The notes under the pieces: model-generated
The model's database searches: none
What the model was told of the DNA's origin: nothing
The model's input: only the letters and a program-made list of their open reading frames with translations
Program-made: the position numbers and the translations under genes
In this document: positions 48,247 through 60,279 of the stretch, piece after piece
Numbering within the stretch: position 1 is the stretch's first letter
How the letters are laid out: every line of letters starts with the position of its first letter
Assembly (NCBI RefSeq): GCF_055900595.2
Contig: NZ_CM148325.1
DNA length: 64,000 nt
Direction: 5' to 3' (one strand)

Positions 48247-49845
48247 TTAACGTAACGGCATAACGGGCGTGATATGTCCATTATGCCGGGCGGGCGGCGG
48301 TTGGCTGCCCGCCAGCCATTTGGGAAAATCACGTAGCGGCATCGGCTGTGCGTACAAATACCCTTGCAAAATATGCACGCCATGACGGCGCAAATACTTC
48401 GCCTGTTCTTGTGTTTCCACACCCTCCGCCACCAGTTCAATATTCAGTCTTTGCCCCAGTGCGATGATGATATCGGTCACCGTCGAGTTAACCGCGTCAG
48501 AACCTATAGCTGCGGTAAATGACTTATCAATTTTCAGCACGTCAGGACGTAATGTTTCAAGCCAGGAAAATGAACTGTTGCCGGTGCCGAAGTCATCAAT
48601 CGCCAGTTTGACGTTTTTACGATGCAGCTCGCGGGCAATCCGATAATCAACATCCAGTAAGGCATCGCGTTCGGTGATTTCGAGGATCAGTTGCTGAATC
48701 GGGTGAGCGCTAAACCAGTACTGATTGAGATCTTTTATCAGCACACCACGGCGAAAATGGCTGGGTGCGACGTTAATGCCAACATGAAACTGACTACTCA
48801 TTGGGAAAACATGCCGCTGACGGATGGTTTCTGCCATCACATAGCGGGTCAGTGGCACAATTAAATGATGTTCTTCCGCGATAGGAATAAACACATCCGG
48901 TGAAATCCAGCCCTGACGTGGATTGTTCCAGCGCAGCAAAATCTCTACACCAATACATTGCTGGCTGCGCGCATTAAGCAAAGGCTGGCAGAACAATTCG
49001 AACTCATGTTGCGCCAGGCCCAGATTGATTTCACGGGAAAAACTCATCCGGTAAGCGGTCGCCAGCCAGGCGATATAGCCCACAAGTAAACTTAGCAGCA
49101 CCGCCAGCGGTAATTGTGTTGGAAGATAGTGCCATGCCAGCGCCGTAGCCCCCGGACCATTAACGTTAATGGTAAAAGGAAAGCGTTGCGAAGAAACATG
49201 ATAGTTTTCATTGTCTTCAGGTTGCGGAAGGGAATCTACCAGCCCATTACCATAGAGCAAATGCCGATCGTCCACCGTCAGGCTGGCGCTACTGATTTGC
49301 GGCAGTTGTGGCTCAAGCAGCATTGCCGCCAGTAAGTCGATGTTGATCATCTCCATGACCCCAGCATTGCTACTGCCCGCTGCAGGCGTCCATTGAATCA
49401 AAACCGGACTGCCTTTAATCAGGGCATGGTCGGTCGTCAGTCGTAAAAGTGGTTGCGGTGCAGGAAGTTCAGCCAGAATGTCCACGACGGGCACATTGCG
49501 ATAACCAAAAATGCTGGAGCAATAAAGTGTGCCGTCTTGCACCAGGCCAATGGATCGCACAGTTTGGAGTTTTGCCGCCTGTTTACGTAATGGCAAATGG
49601 GCGACAGAGCAGGGCAGACCAATTAGCGGAAGTAAGACTTCACTACCTGCCTGTAGGGGAAGCAGTACTTTATCTAATTCCTCTACAGCGTGATTGGCGA
49701 ATTGTACTACCCGTTGTTGATTTAAGTTACGCTGTGAAATAAATCGCACGCTCAGGGTCGAAGCGAGCGTAACGAGTGCGCAAATCGTACAAACAATCAT
49801 TCGATTACGGCGATAGGTTTTAATGATCCGTTGTGCTTTTTGCAT
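48247..49845 (-). CDS. pdeD: c-di-GMP phosphodiesterase PdeD (YoaD), CSS sensor plus EAL domain; start at MQKAQRIIKT
   Basis: 532 aa with EAL-domain motifs. Confidence 0.88.
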   Translation of the reverse strand: MQKAQRIIKTYRRNRMIVCTICALVTLASTLSVRFISQRNLNQQRVVQFANHAVEELDKVLLPLQAGSEVLLPLIGLPCSVAHLPLRKQAAKLQTVRSIGLVQDGTLYCSSIFGYRNVPVVDILAELPAPQPLLRLTTDHALIKGSPVLIQWTPAAGSSNAGVMEMINIDLLAAMLLEPQLPQISSASLTVDDRHLLYGNGLVDSLPQPEDNENYHVSSQRFPFTINVNGPGATALAWHYLPTQLPLAVLLSLLVGYIAWLATAYRMSFSREINLGLAQHEFELFCQPLLNARSQQCIGVEILLRWNNPRQGWISPDVFIPIAEEHHLIVPLTRYVMAETIRQRHVFPMSSQFHVGINVAPSHFRRGVLIKDLNQYWFSAHPIQQLILEITERDALLDVDYRIARELHRKNVKLAIDDFGTGNSSFSWLETLRPDVLKIDKSFTAAIGSDAVNSTVTDIIIALGQRLNIELVAEGVETQEQAKYLRRHGVHILQGYLYAQPMPLRDFPKWLAGSQPPPARHNGHITPVMPLR

Positions 49846-49975
49846 GCGGGCCACCCTGTAAGCGTATGGCGACAAACGCCTGACGCAACAGTGGAAGTGT
49901 AGTGGGGAAAATTACAGCAGACGAGAAAGCAGGGATAAATTCGCCCATCCGTTGCAGATGGGCGAGGATAAAGTA

Positions 49976-51340
49976 TTAGTCACACTGGACTTTAATTGCC
50001 AGACCACCACGAGACGTTTCGCGGTACTTGGCGTTCATGTCTTTACCGGTTTCGTACATCGTTTCGATGACTTTATCCAGCGAGACGCGCGGCGCACTGG
50101 TGCGACGCAGGGCCATCCGCGCGGCGTTAATCGCCTTGACTGACGCAATGGCGTTACGTTCAATGCACGGCACCTGAACTTGCCCTGCAACAGGGTCACA
50201 GGTCAGACCGAGGTTGTGCTCCATGCCAATTTCCGCTGCCACACAAACCTGTTCCGGGCTACCGCCCAACAGCTCGGCAAGGCCCGCAGCAGCCATTGAA
50301 CAGGCAACACCCACTTCGCCCTGGCAACCGACTTCCGCACCGGAAATAGAGGCGTTCATTTTATACAGTGCACCAATCGCGCCCGCAGCCATAAAGTAAC
50401 GGGTATAGATGTCCGGGCTAACCGATTCAATAAAGTGGTCATAATAAGCCAGCACTGCCGGAACAATGCCACAAGCACCGTTGGTTGGCGCTGTTACCAC
50501 ACGACCACCGGCGGCGTTTTCTTCGTTAACTGCCAGCGCAAACATGTTTACCCAGTCAATGACATTCATCGGATCGTTAGACAGTTTATCGCTGGAAACC
50601 AGCATCCGGCGCAGGGCCGACGCACGACGCGGCACGCGCAGCGGGCCTGGCAGTACGCCTTCGGTGTTCATCCCGCGATCGATACATGCCTGCATGGTTT
50701 GCCAGACATGCGCGAAATACTCGTCGATCTCTTTCTTGCTGTGCAGCGCCAGTTCGTTCTGCATAGCGAGACCAGACAGCGAATAGCCGGTTTCATTACA
50801 GTACGCGAGCAGTTCGGTGGCAGATTTGAACGGATACGGCACGCTCACTTCGTTGGCGGCATCCTGACCAAAGTGTTCTTCATCGACGATAAAACCGCCG
50901 CCGATGGAATAATAAGTTTTGCTGTAGACGACTTCATCGCCGTTATAGGCGTGGATTTGCATACCGTTTTCATGCAGCGGCAGGTTGCCGTTATGAAAAC
51001 GCATCCCGTTGTCGCGCGGGAAATCCACTTCATGCCGTCCCTGTGCCAGCAGCAGACGTTCGCGCTCTTCTACGTCGCGAATAAAACCGGGAATACTGTC
51101 GATATCCACGGTGGCAGGTTCGTTACCTGCAAGACCCATAATAATGGCGATATCGGTGTGGTGGCCTTTACCCGTCAGCGACAGTGAACCATAAACGTCC
51201 ACGGCAACGCGAGTAACGCTATCCAGTAAGCCTTTTTCGACCAGATCATCGACGAACTGTTTACCCGCCTTCATAGGCCCTACGGTATGGGAAGATGAGG
51301 GACCAATCCCCACCTTAAACATGTCGAATAGACTAATCAC
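49976..51340 (-). CDS. sdaA: L-serine dehydratase 1
   Basis: 454-aa ORF. Confidence 0.95.
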   Translation of the reverse strand: MISLFDMFKVGIGPSSSHTVGPMKAGKQFVDDLVEKGLLDSVTRVAVDVYGSLSLTGKGHHTDIAIIMGLAGNEPATVDIDSIPGFIRDVEERERLLLAQGRHEVDFPRDNGMRFHNGNLPLHENGMQIHAYNGDEVVYSKTYYSIGGGFIVDEEHFGQDAANEVSVPYPFKSATELLAYCNETGYSLSGLAMQNELALHSKKEIDEYFAHVWQTMQACIDRGMNTEGVLPGPLRVPRRASALRRMLVSSDKLSNDPMNVIDWVNMFALAVNEENAAGGRVVTAPTNGACGIVPAVLAYYDHFIESVSPDIYTRYFMAAGAIGALYKMNASISGAEVGCQGEVGVACSMAAAGLAELLGGSPEQVCVAAEIGMEHNLGLTCDPVAGQVQVPCIERNAIASVKAINAARMALRRTSAPRVSLDKVIETMYETGKDMNAKYRETSRGGLAIKVQCD

Positions 51341-51523
51341 GATAATACTCCTGACAAGGTGACTGGACTTCCAGTAACGAACGAATAACAGCGCATAGTG
51401 TAAGAGGGAACGCGGCGACTGGCTTAACTATTCACATGAATTAAACTAATCAAAAACCGCGATTTAACTAATATTGCGATGATTGTCTCAAGTAGTGTTT
51501 TGTAGATGTAAAGATAAGTATAG

Positions 51524-52102
51524 TCAGGGTTTCACACCAATTTGCAGCGCCAGCTCACGAATTATGCCTGCGGTCATTCCCCATACAAAATACTGTTCAT
51601 ACCAGGACAGCCATACCCGATGAGAATCGCCACGGCGGTAGATATCTAAAGGGTGATAACGACCCAGATGTAATGCCTGGGCGAGCGGCATTTCAAACAC
51701 AGCGGAGACTTCATCTTCACTGGCGCGATACGGTAGATCGGGCGGGATAATGCCGACCACCGGGGTTACCTGGTAGCCAGTTACGCTATCGACGGGCGGC
51801 AGCACGCCGATAACTTCAACGGCGGAAGGCGGTATAGCGACCTCTTCTTCAGCTTCGCGCAGCGCGGCGGCGATAACGGATGTGTCCGTGTCATCGACTG
51901 CACCTCCAGGGAATGCCACTTGTCCGGCGTGTTTACGCAGATGAATCGAACGCTGAGTCAGCAACAACCCCGGTTGCGGTCGACGGACGATGGGGATTAA
52001 CACGGCAGCCTGACGATGATTTAGGGTTTCCCGGTTAATTTGCGGGCGCAAAAGTTGAAAACGCGATAAAAAATCATCAAGCGTCAGGCTACGGTATTCC
52101 AC
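51524..52102 (-). CDS. nudL: Nudix CoA pyrophosphohydrolase NudL
   Basis: 192-aa ORF with Nudix box. Confidence 0.9.
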   Translation of the reverse strand: MEYRSLTLDDFLSRFQLLRPQINRETLNHRQAAVLIPIVRRPQPGLLLTQRSIHLRKHAGQVAFPGGAVDDTDTSVIAAALREAEEEVAIPPSAVEVIGVLPPVDSVTGYQVTPVVGIIPPDLPYRASEDEVSAVFEMPLAQALHLGRYHPLDIYRRGDSHRVWLSWYEQYFVWGMTAGIIRELALQIGVKP

Positions 52103-52104
52103 GT

Positions 52105-53466
52105 TTATTTCTCCAGTTGCTTCAGGATACGATTAACTTTATCAAAAGTTTCCTGATATTCCGCTTCTTCCTGGCTATCAGCGACAATTCCACCGCCCGC
52201 AGAGCAGTATATTTGTCCGTTAATGGCAGTCAGCGTGCGGATAGTAATGCTGGTATCCATGTTGCCGCAAAAGCTCAAATAGCCAATGCTGCCGCACCAG
52301 GCATTGCGTCGCTGCGGTTCCAGTTCGTCGATAATTTCCATAGCCCGTACTTTCGGTGCTCCAGTTATTGAGCCACCAGGAAAAGCTGCGCGCAGCAGAT
52401 CGCTGGTGTGTAACTGTTCTGGTAGTTGCGCCGTTATGGTGCTGACCAGATGATGCACGGCAGGGAAGGGTTCCACCACGAACAGCTCTGGTACTTTTAC
52501 CGAACCTGCTACGGCAACACGACCGATATCATTACGCATTAAATCGACAATCATCAGATTTTCGGCACGATCTTTCGCTGAGTTCGCCAGTTTTTCTGCT
52601 TGTTTGCTATCTTCCTGAGGATCGGGTAGGCGTGGTAGCGTGCCTTTAATCGGGCGGGTCTGGATTTCACTATTATCACAAAGAATAAACCGCTCTGGCG
52701 AAAGGCTTAAAATCGCGCCCTGTTCAAGACGTAAAAAAGCGCTAAATGGCGCGCGGTTGGCCTGATTAAGCTGAAGGAATGCCTGCCATTCATCGCCAGA
52801 ATAGGTCGCATGGAAACGCTGGGCGAGATTCACCTGATAGCAATCACCGCTGTGCAGATATTCCTGTACCTGGCGAAATTTTTCGCCGTACAGCTCGCGG
52901 GTCATATTGGATTGCCAGTCGGAAGTGAGCGTGAAATCTTCCTGCGGCGAGAATTGCTGGCTTTCCAGCCAGGCCCGACGGGCATTGACATCATTATGAC
53001 TCAGCAAAGAAACTGTTTGACGCTGGTGGTCGACAATGAGCGCCCAGTCGTAGATACCCACAGCCATATCCGGCAGAACGATATCTTGCTGCGCAATTTC
53101 TGGCAGTGACTCAAAACGGCGGCCCAGATCGTAGCCAAACAACCCCATCGCGCCGCCCTGAAATGGCAAATCTTCGTTATGCGCTGGGCGAATGTCTGCG
53201 CGATCCAGCACCTGCTGGAGCACCTGTAGCGGGTCATCAGTGGTCGTTGTGCGTTTTTCGCTTTCACTAACAACGGTTTCTTTACCGAAAGTGGTTAAAG
53301 TGCAAATCGGCTCGGCGACCACAATATCAAAGCGGCTATATGGATGATCGGCATAGCCGGAGTGTAAAAGCATCGCCCACGGCAGGTGACTTAAGCGGGA
53401 GAAATAAAATTCAGCGGCGTCCTGACGCCAGGGTAAAGTAATCACAGCGGGAGATAACGTCTTCAT
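52105..53466 (-). CDS. pabB: aminodeoxychorismate synthase component I
   Basis: 453-aa ORF. Confidence 0.95.
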   Translation of the reverse strand: MKTLSPAVITLPWRQDAAEFYFSRLSHLPWAMLLHSGYADHPYSRFDIVVAEPICTLTTFGKETVVSESEKRTTTTDDPLQVLQQVLDRADIRPAHNEDLPFQGGAMGLFGYDLGRRFESLPEIAQQDIVLPDMAVGIYDWALIVDHQRQTVSLLSHNDVNARRAWLESQQFSPQEDFTLTSDWQSNMTRELYGEKFRQVQEYLHSGDCYQVNLAQRFHATYSGDEWQAFLQLNQANRAPFSAFLRLEQGAILSLSPERFILCDNSEIQTRPIKGTLPRLPDPQEDSKQAEKLANSAKDRAENLMIVDLMRNDIGRVAVAGSVKVPELFVVEPFPAVHHLVSTITAQLPEQLHTSDLLRAAFPGGSITGAPKVRAMEIIDELEPQRRNAWCGSIGYLSFCGNMDTSITIRTLTAINGQIYCSAGGGIVADSQEEAEYQETFDKVNRILKQLEK

Positions 53467-53539
53467 CAGTCCTGACTCTACTGGCTATGTGCCGGGTAGC
53501 ATGAAATAATTAGCGCCAACAATTTAGCAGGAGTTAACA

Positions 53540-53719
53540 ATGTTTGCAGGTTTACCTTCACTCACCCATGAACAGCAGCAAAAAGCCGTCGAGCGGATCC
53601 AGGAACTGATGGCACAAGGGATGAGCAGCGGCCAGGCAATCGCGTTGGTGGCAGAAGAGCTGCGTGCCAACCATTCCGGTGAGCGAATCGTGGCGCGTTT
53701 TGAGGATGAAGACGAGTAA
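53540..53719 (+). CDS. yoaH: small protein YoaH (UPF0181); under the ORF-track cutoff
   Basis: Hand translation [59 protein letters not shown], 59 aa, with GGAG RBS. Confidence 0.8.
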
Positions 53720-53838
53720 CACACTAATCCGTATCGCTTTCGTTATACAAGCCGATGGTTATTTGATTGTGAGAAAAAGGACGCTTTTCATATGTGATTA
53801 AAAGCGTCCTGACCCATTTATGCTGATGTAAATTTAAC

Positions 53839-54138
53839 TTAGACCAGTGCTTTTAGTTCTTCCTGCATATATGTTGAAAAGTATTCAGGATTTTTAATCA
53901 CAATGCGTTCACCAGACTCCATTTTTTTTGCCCATCCAACCATTTTTTCCGTGAACCCTGGGTTCCAGCCTTCCTGGTCAGCTCGCGCCGTAATATCAGC
54001 GGCACTCGCGGGTACTCCCAGTTCTTTCAAATATTTAAAGATTCCCTTCGCCGTGCTTTCATTCATCGAACTTGGTGTTGGCGCTGATACATCCATGGCA
54101 CCAATGAAATCCAGGGCTTTATCTATTACAGCAGGCAT
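53839..54138 (-). CDS. yoaC: DUF1889 protein YoaC (start at MPAVIDKALDF)
   Basis: 99 aa; the track ORF has a 20-codon extension. Confidence 0.8.
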   Translation of the reverse strand: MPAVIDKALDFIGAMDVSAPTPSSMNESTAKGIFKYLKELGVPASAADITARADQEGWNPGFTEKMVGWAKKMESGERIVIKNPEYFSTYMQEELKALV

Positions 54139-54559
54139 ATTCTTATCCTTAAAATTAACCATGTTATCGATAAGGCTATATATGACCTTAATTTGCATCT
54201 AATATCAAAGGGATTATAACGATATGGCACGAGTTAACCTGTTGACATTCAGGTGTTTTAAAGGTAGCAGCTCATGGTGTGTTATCCAGTAAGAGGGAGA
54301 AAATTAACGGTCAGTTCTCACGCTATAACCAGATTGTTCAGCTAAGAAAGAAAACAAGAGATGCTAATCGAAGGGCGAACACAACGGCATTGTTATGTTT
54401 ATTTATATAGTTAGTTTTATAGCTAAAATTGAAATTATAAAAATAAATAATGAATTAGCAGGAGCATCAACAGTAATATCTTAATCTCTGGTCGATTTAT
54501 GTAAAACCGACCAGTATTATCGATAAATTATCGTCTGACTTATTTTGCTTCGATAAAGC

Positions 54560-54904
54560 TTACACCGCAGCCACAATCTTAATTTCAACTTTATACTTCG
54601 GGTTCATCAAACCCGCTTGTACCGTGCAGCGCACCGGCGCATGACCCGCGACAACCCAGGCATCCCACGCTTTATTCATCGCCGCGAAGTCGTTTTTATC
54701 AGCCAGGAAAATGGTGGCATCCAGAATGCTCGATTTATTGCTGCCCTGTTTTTCCAGCACGGCGTCAATCTGCGCCAGCGTGTTGGCGGTTTGCTCAAAG
54801 GCATTGGCGTCGAGGTTTTCCGGTACACCAGTGTAGTAGAGCGTGTTGTTGTGGATTACTACATCAGACCAGCGGGCTTCAGCATCGATACGAACGATAG
54901 TCAT
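54560..54904 (-). CDS. yoaB: RidA/YjgF-family protein YoaB (start at MTIVRIDAEA)
   Basis: 114 aa. Confidence 0.88.
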   Translation of the reverse strand: MTIVRIDAEARWSDVVIHNNTLYYTGVPENLDANAFEQTANTLAQIDAVLEKQGSNKSSILDATIFLADKNDFAAMNKAWDAWVVAGHAPVRCTVQAGLMNPKYKVEIKIVAAV

Positions 54905-55035
54905 CATTTTGTCCTCATTATCCTTCCATTTTCGTGCTGCAAAGACTGCCACAATGTGAGGTCGCCGTCACCACTTCAACTGGCGAAAGCGCCCTCATCC
55001 TGACATAATCCCTGTTCAAATCAACAGGGGGTAGT

Positions 55036-56946
55036 GTGACGGACGATTTTGCACCAGACGGTCAGCTGGCGAAAGCGATACCAGGCTTTAAGCCGCGAGA
55101 ACCACAGCGACAGATGGCGGTAGCCGTCACCCAGGCGATAGAAAAAGGCCAGCCGCTGGTGGTGGAAGCAGGAACCGGTACGGGCAAAACCTACGCTTAC
55201 CTGGCTCCTGCGCTGCGGGCGAAAAAGAAAGTCATTATCTCGACCGGCTCAAAAGCGTTGCAGGATCAGCTCTACAGCCGCGATTTGCCAACAGTCTCAA
55301 AGGCATTGAAATATACGGGCAACGTGGCGCTGCTGAAAGGGCGCTCTAACTACCTCTGCCTCGAACGTCTCGAACAGCAGGCGCTGGCGGGTGGCGATCT
55401 ACCGGTACAAATTTTAAGCGATGTGATCCTGCTGCGCTCCTGGTCTAATCAAACAGTCGATGGTGATATCAGCACCTGCGTCAGCGTGGCGGAAGATTCA
55501 CAGGCGTGGCCGCTGGTCACCAGCACCAACGACAACTGCCTTGGCAGCGACTGCCCGATGTATAAAGATTGCTTTGTGGTCAAAGCACGCAAAAAAGCGA
55601 TGGACGCCGATGTGGTGGTGGTAAACCATCATCTCTTTCTGGCGGATATGGTGGTGAAAGAGAGTGGATTTGGCGAACTGATCCCGGAAGCGGACGTCAT
55701 GATCTTTGACGAAGCCCATCAGCTGCCCGACATTGCCAGCCAGTATTTTGGTCAGTCACTCTCCAGTCGACAACTGCTCGACCTGGCAAAAGACATCACC
55801 ATCGCCTACCGCACCGAATTAAAAGACACCCAGCAGTTACAAAAGTGCGCCGACCGCCTTGCCCAGAGCGCGCAGGATTTTCGCCTGCAATTAGGTGAGC
55901 CAGGTTATCGTGGTAACCTGCGCGAACTGTTAGCTAATCCGCAAATTCAGCGAGCATTTTTACTGCTCGATGACACCCTGGAACTTTGTTATGACGTGGC
56001 GAAACTGTCGCTGGGGCGTTCCGCCTTGCTGGATGCGGCATTTGAGCGCGCCACGTTGTATCGTACGCGGCTGAAACGGCTAAAAGAGATCAATCAGCCG
56101 GGCTACAGCTACTGGTACGAATGCACTTCGCGCCATTTTACTCTGGCACTCACGCCGCTCAGCGTGGCGGATAAATTCAAAGAGTTAATGGCGCAAAAAC
56201 CAGGTAGCTGGATCTTTACCTCAGCAACGCTGTCGGTGAATGACGATCTGCATCATTTTACCTCGCGGCTTGGCATTGAACAGGCAGAGTCGTTGCTGTT
56301 ACCCAGCCCGTTTGATTACAGCCGCCAGGCGTTACTCTGTGTGCCGCGCAACCTGCCGCAAACCAACCAGCCGGGCTCCGCACGGCAACTGGCGGCAATG
56401 CTGCGACCGATCATCGAAGCTAACAACGGTCGTTGTTTTATGCTTTGTACCTCGCACGCCATGATGCGCGATCTGGCTGAGCAGTTCCGCGCCACCATGA
56501 CGCTTCCCGTGTTGTTGCAGGGGGAAACCAGCAAAGGCCAACTGCTACAGCAGTTTGTCAGCGCCGGTAACGCGCTGCTTGTGGCGACCAGCAGTTTCTG
56601 GGAGGGGGTGGATGTGCGTGGCGATACATTGTCATTGGTGATTATCGACAAGTTGCCGTTTACCTCCCCAGATGACCCGTTGTTAAAAGCGCGCATGGAA
56701 GATTGCCGTTTGCGCGGTGGTGACCCGTTCGATGAAGTACAGCTGCCGGATGCGGTCATTACTCTCAAGCAGGGAGTAGGGCGACTGATTCGCGACGCCG
56801 ACGATCGAGGGGTTTTGGTGATTTGCGATAATCGGCTGGTGATGCGTCCTTACGGCGCGACCTTCCTCGCCAGTCTGCCGCCCGCGCCACGCACCCGTGA
56901 CATTGCCCGTGCGGTTCGTTTCCTTGCGATACCATCCTCCAGGTAA
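55036..56946 (+). CDS. yoaA: DinG-family ATP-dependent helicase YoaA (GTG start)
   Basis: 636-aa ORF with Walker A GTGTGKT and DEAH box. Confidence 0.93.
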   Translation: MTDDFAPDGQLAKAIPGFKPREPQRQMAVAVTQAIEKGQPLVVEAGTGTGKTYAYLAPALRAKKKVIISTGSKALQDQLYSRDLPTVSKALKYTGNVALLKGRSNYLCLERLEQQALAGGDLPVQILSDVILLRSWSNQTVDGDISTCVSVAEDSQAWPLVTSTNDNCLGSDCPMYKDCFVVKARKKAMDADVVVVNHHLFLADMVVKESGFGELIPEADVMIFDEAHQLPDIASQYFGQSLSSRQLLDLAKDITIAYRTELKDTQQLQKCADRLAQSAQDFRLQLGEPGYRGNLRELLANPQIQRAFLLLDDTLELCYDVAKLSLGRSALLDAAFERATLYRTRLKRLKEINQPGYSYWYECTSRHFTLALTPLSVADKFKELMAQKPGSWIFTSATLSVNDDLHHFTSRLGIEQAESLLLPSPFDYSRQALLCVPRNLPQTNQPGSARQLAAMLRPIIEANNGRCFMLCTSHAMMRDLAEQFRATMTLPVLLQGETSKGQLLQQFVSAGNALLVATSSFWEGVDVRGDTLSLVIIDKLPFTSPDDPLLKARMEDCRLRGGDPFDEVQLPDAVITLKQGVGRLIRDADDRGVLVICDNRLVMRPYGATFLASLPPAPRTRDIARAVRFLAIPSSR

Positions 56947-57003
56947 TTTGTGATGGAGTATGGTATGATGCGCGCCTTTTTATTGATCTAAGCACGAAGA
57001 CCC

Positions 57004-57699
57004 ATGCGAATTCTGGCTATCGATACCGCGACAGAGGCCTGCTCTGTCGCCCTGTGGAACGACGGTACTGTCAACGCTCATTTTGAGCTTTGCCCTCGTG
57101 AACATACTCAACGAATCTTACCGATGGTGCAGGATATCCTGACCACCAGCGGAACTTCCCTGACGGACATAAATGCTCTGGCTTACGGGCGCGGCCCCGG
57201 TAGCTTTACCGGCGTGCGCATTGGTATTGGCATTGCGCAAGGGCTGGCGCTTGGCGCGGAATTACCGATGATTGGCGTCTCCACGCTAATGACGATGGCG
57301 CAAGGGGCGTGGCGCAAAAACCGCGCAACCCGCGTGCTGGCAGCCATTGACGCGCGAATGGGCGAAGTTTACTGGGCCGAATATCAGCGTGATGAAAATG
57401 GTATCTGGCACGGTGAAGAAACCGAAGCCGTACTCAAACCTGAACTCGTTCATGAACGGATGCAACAGCTTTCCGGCGAATGGGTGACGGTAGGGACGGG
57501 CTGGCAAGCCTGGCCGGATCTCGGTAAAGAGAGCGGTTTGGCCCTGCGCGATGGCGAAGTGTTACTGCCCGCTGCAGAAGATATGCTGCCGATTGCTTGT
57601 CAGATGTTTGCCGAGGGTAAAACGGTGGCGGTGGAACATGCCGAACCGGTTTATTTACGTAACAACGTCGCATGGAAGAAACTTCCGGGCAAAGAATGA
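57004..57699 (+). CDS. tsaB: tRNA t6A37 biosynthesis protein TsaB (YeaZ)
   Basis: 231-aa ORF. Confidence 0.93.
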   Translation: MRILAIDTATEACSVALWNDGTVNAHFELCPREHTQRILPMVQDILTTSGTSLTDINALAYGRGPGSFTGVRIGIGIAQGLALGAELPMIGVSTLMTMAQGAWRKNRATRVLAAIDARMGEVYWAEYQRDENGIWHGEETEAVLKPELVHERMQQLSGEWVTVGTGWQAWPDLGKESGLALRDGEVLLPAAEDMLPIACQMFAEGKTVAVEHAEPVYLRNNVAWKKLPGKE

Positions 57700-57738
57700 A
57701 TCTTAAGAGTATGCCCTGAGAAAAAAAGGAGTCGCATC

Positions 57739-58320
57739 ATGGCGGTTCAAAAGAATGTTATCAAAGGCATACTGGCAGGTACGTTTGCGCTAATGCTGAG
57801 CGGTTGTGTCACTGTGCCGGACGCCATTAAAGGCAACAGTCCCACGCCGCAACAAGATTTAGTTCGGGTAATGAGTGCGCCGCAGCTGTACGTTGGTCAG
57901 GAGGCACGCTTTGGCGGCAAAGTGGTTGCGGTACAAAACCAGCAAGGGAAAACCCGGCTGGAAATTGCCACCGTACCGCTGGACAGTGGAGCCAGACCGA
58001 CGCTGGGAGAACCTTCTCGCGGTCGTATTTATGCCGATGTGAACGGTTTTCTGGATCCGCTAGATTTTCGTGGACAATTGGTCACGGTAGTTGGACCAAT
58101 CACCGGTGCGGTTGACGGCAAAATCGGCAACACGCCCTATAAATTTATGGTGATGCAGGTAACGGGTTACAAACGTTGGCATTTAACCCAGCAGGTGATT
58201 ATGCCGCCTCAGCCGATTGATCCATGGTTTTATGGCGGTCGTGGCTGGCCCTATGGCTACGGTGGATGGGGCTGGTATAATCCCGGCCCCGCGAGAGTAC
58301 AAACTGTTGTAACTGAATAA
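57739..58320 (+). CDS. yeaY: Slp-family outer membrane lipoprotein YeaY
   Basis: 193-aa ORF with lipobox LSGC. Confidence 0.88.
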   Translation: MAVQKNVIKGILAGTFALMLSGCVTVPDAIKGNSPTPQQDLVRVMSAPQLYVGQEARFGGKVVAVQNQQGKTRLEIATVPLDSGARPTLGEPSRGRIYADVNGFLDPLDFRGQLVTVVGPITGAVDGKIGNTPYKFMVMQVTGYKRWHLTQQVIMPPQPIDPWFYGGRGWPYGYGGWGWYNPGPARVQTVVTE

Positions 58321-58524
58321 TTGCTTGTTTTTAAAGAAAAAGAAACAGCGGCTGGTCCGCTGTTTCTGCATTCTTACGGTAAAGATAAAAATAAATAGTG
58401 ACGCGCTTCGCAACCTTTTCGTTGGGTAATTATCAAGCTGGTATGATGAGTTAATATTATGTTAACAGCATGTATATCATTTGGGGTTGCGATGACGACG
58501 AACACGCATTTTAGAGGTGAAGAA

Positions 58525-60210
58525 TTGAAGAAGGTTTGGCTTAACCGTTATCCCGCGGACGTTCCGACGGAGATCAACCCTGACCGTTATCAATCTCTGG
58601 TAGATATGTTTGAGCAGTCGGTCGCGCGCTACGCCGATCAACCCGCGTTTGTGAATATGGGGGAGGTGATGACCTTCCGCAAACTGGAAGAACGCAGTCG
58701 CGCGTTTGCCGCTTATTTGCAACAAGGGTTGGGACTGAAGAAAGGCGATCGCGTTGCGTTGATGATGCCTAATTTATTGCAATATCCGGTGGCGCTGTTT
58801 GGCATTTTGCGTGCCGGGATGATCGTTGTAAACGTTAACCCGTTGTATACCCCGCGTGAGCTGGAGCATCAGCTTAACGATAGCGGCGCATCAGCGATTG
58901 TTATCGTGTCTAATTTTGCCCACACTCTGGAAAAAGTGGTTGATAAAACCGCCGTTCAGCACGTTATTCTGACCCGTATGGGCGATCAGCTATCCACGGC
59001 AAAAGGCACGGTAGTCAACTTCGTTGTTAAATACATCAAGCGTCTGGTGCCGAAATACCATCTTCCAGATGCCATCTCATTTCGCAGCGCACTGCATAAC
59101 GGCTACCGGATGCAGTACGTCAAACCCGAACTGGTGCCAGAAGATTTAGCTTTCCTGCAATATACCGGCGGTACCACTGGTGTGGCGAAGGGCGCGATGC
59201 TGACTCACCGCAATATGCTGGCGAATCTGGAACAAGTTAACGCGACTTATGGGCCGCTGTTGCATCCGGGCAAAGAGCTGGTGGTGACGGCACTGCCGCT
59301 GTATCACATTTTTGCTCTGACCATTAACTGCCTGCTGTTTATTGAACTGGGTGGGCAGAACCTGCTTATCACTAACCCGCGCGATATTCCGGGGTTGGTA
59401 AAAGAGTTAGCGAAATATCCGTTTACCGCGATAACCGGCGTTAACACCTTGTTCAATGCGTTGCTGAACAATAAAGAGTTCCAGCAGCTGGATTTCTCCA
59501 GTCTGCATCTTTCTGCAGGCGGTGGTATGCCTGTTCAACAAGTGGTGGCTGAACGTTGGGTGAAACTGACCGGACAGTATCTGCTGGAAGGTTATGGCCT
59601 GACCGAGTGTGCGCCGCTGGTCAGCGTTAACCCGTATGATATTGATTATCATAGTGGTAGCATCGGTTTGCCGGTGCCGTCGACGGAAGCCAAACTGGTG
59701 GATGATGATGATAATGAAGTACCACCGGGTCAACCGGGTGAGCTTTGTGTCAAAGGACCGCAGGTGATGCTGGGTTACTGGCAGCGTCCGGATGCTACCG
59801 ATGAAATCATCAAAAATGGCTGGTTACACACCGGCGATATCGCGGTGATGGATGAAGAAGGATTCCTGCGCATTGTCGATCGTAAAAAAGACATGATTCT
59901 GGTTTCCGGTTTTAATGTCTATCCCAACGAAATTGAAGATGTCGTCATGCAGCATCCTGGCGTACAGGAAGTCGCAGCTGTTGGCGTACCTTCCGGCTCC
60001 AGTGGTGAAGCGGTGAAAATCTTCGTAGTGAAAAAAGATCCATCGCTTACCGAAGAGTCACTGGTGACCTTTTGCCGCCGTCAGCTCACGGGCTACAAAG
60101 TACCGAAGCTGGTGGAGTTTCGTGATGAGTTACCGAAATCTAACGTCGGAAAAATTTTGCGACGAGAATTACGTGACGAAGCGCGCGGCAAAGTGGACAA
60201 TAAAGCCTGA
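58525..60210 (+). CDS. fadD: long-chain fatty acid-CoA ligase FadD (TTG start at [10 protein letters not shown]; the track ORF is extended upstream)
   Basis: 561 aa with AMP-binding motif [12 protein letters not shown]. Confidence 0.93.
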
Positions 60211-60228
60211 GCGTTAAGTCAGTCGTCA

Positions 60229-60256
60229 GACGCCGGTTAATCCGGCGTTTTTTTTG
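60229..60256 (+). terminator. rho-independent terminator downstream of fadD
   Basis: CGCCGGTTAATCCGGCG hairpin followed by TTTTTTTT. Confidence 0.8.
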
Positions 60257-60279
60257 ACGCCCACTAAAGAGAATACAAT

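Noticed and set aside
50435-51187. 250-aa plus-strand ORF antisense to sdaA
   Set aside because: Shadow ORF inside a conserved gene.
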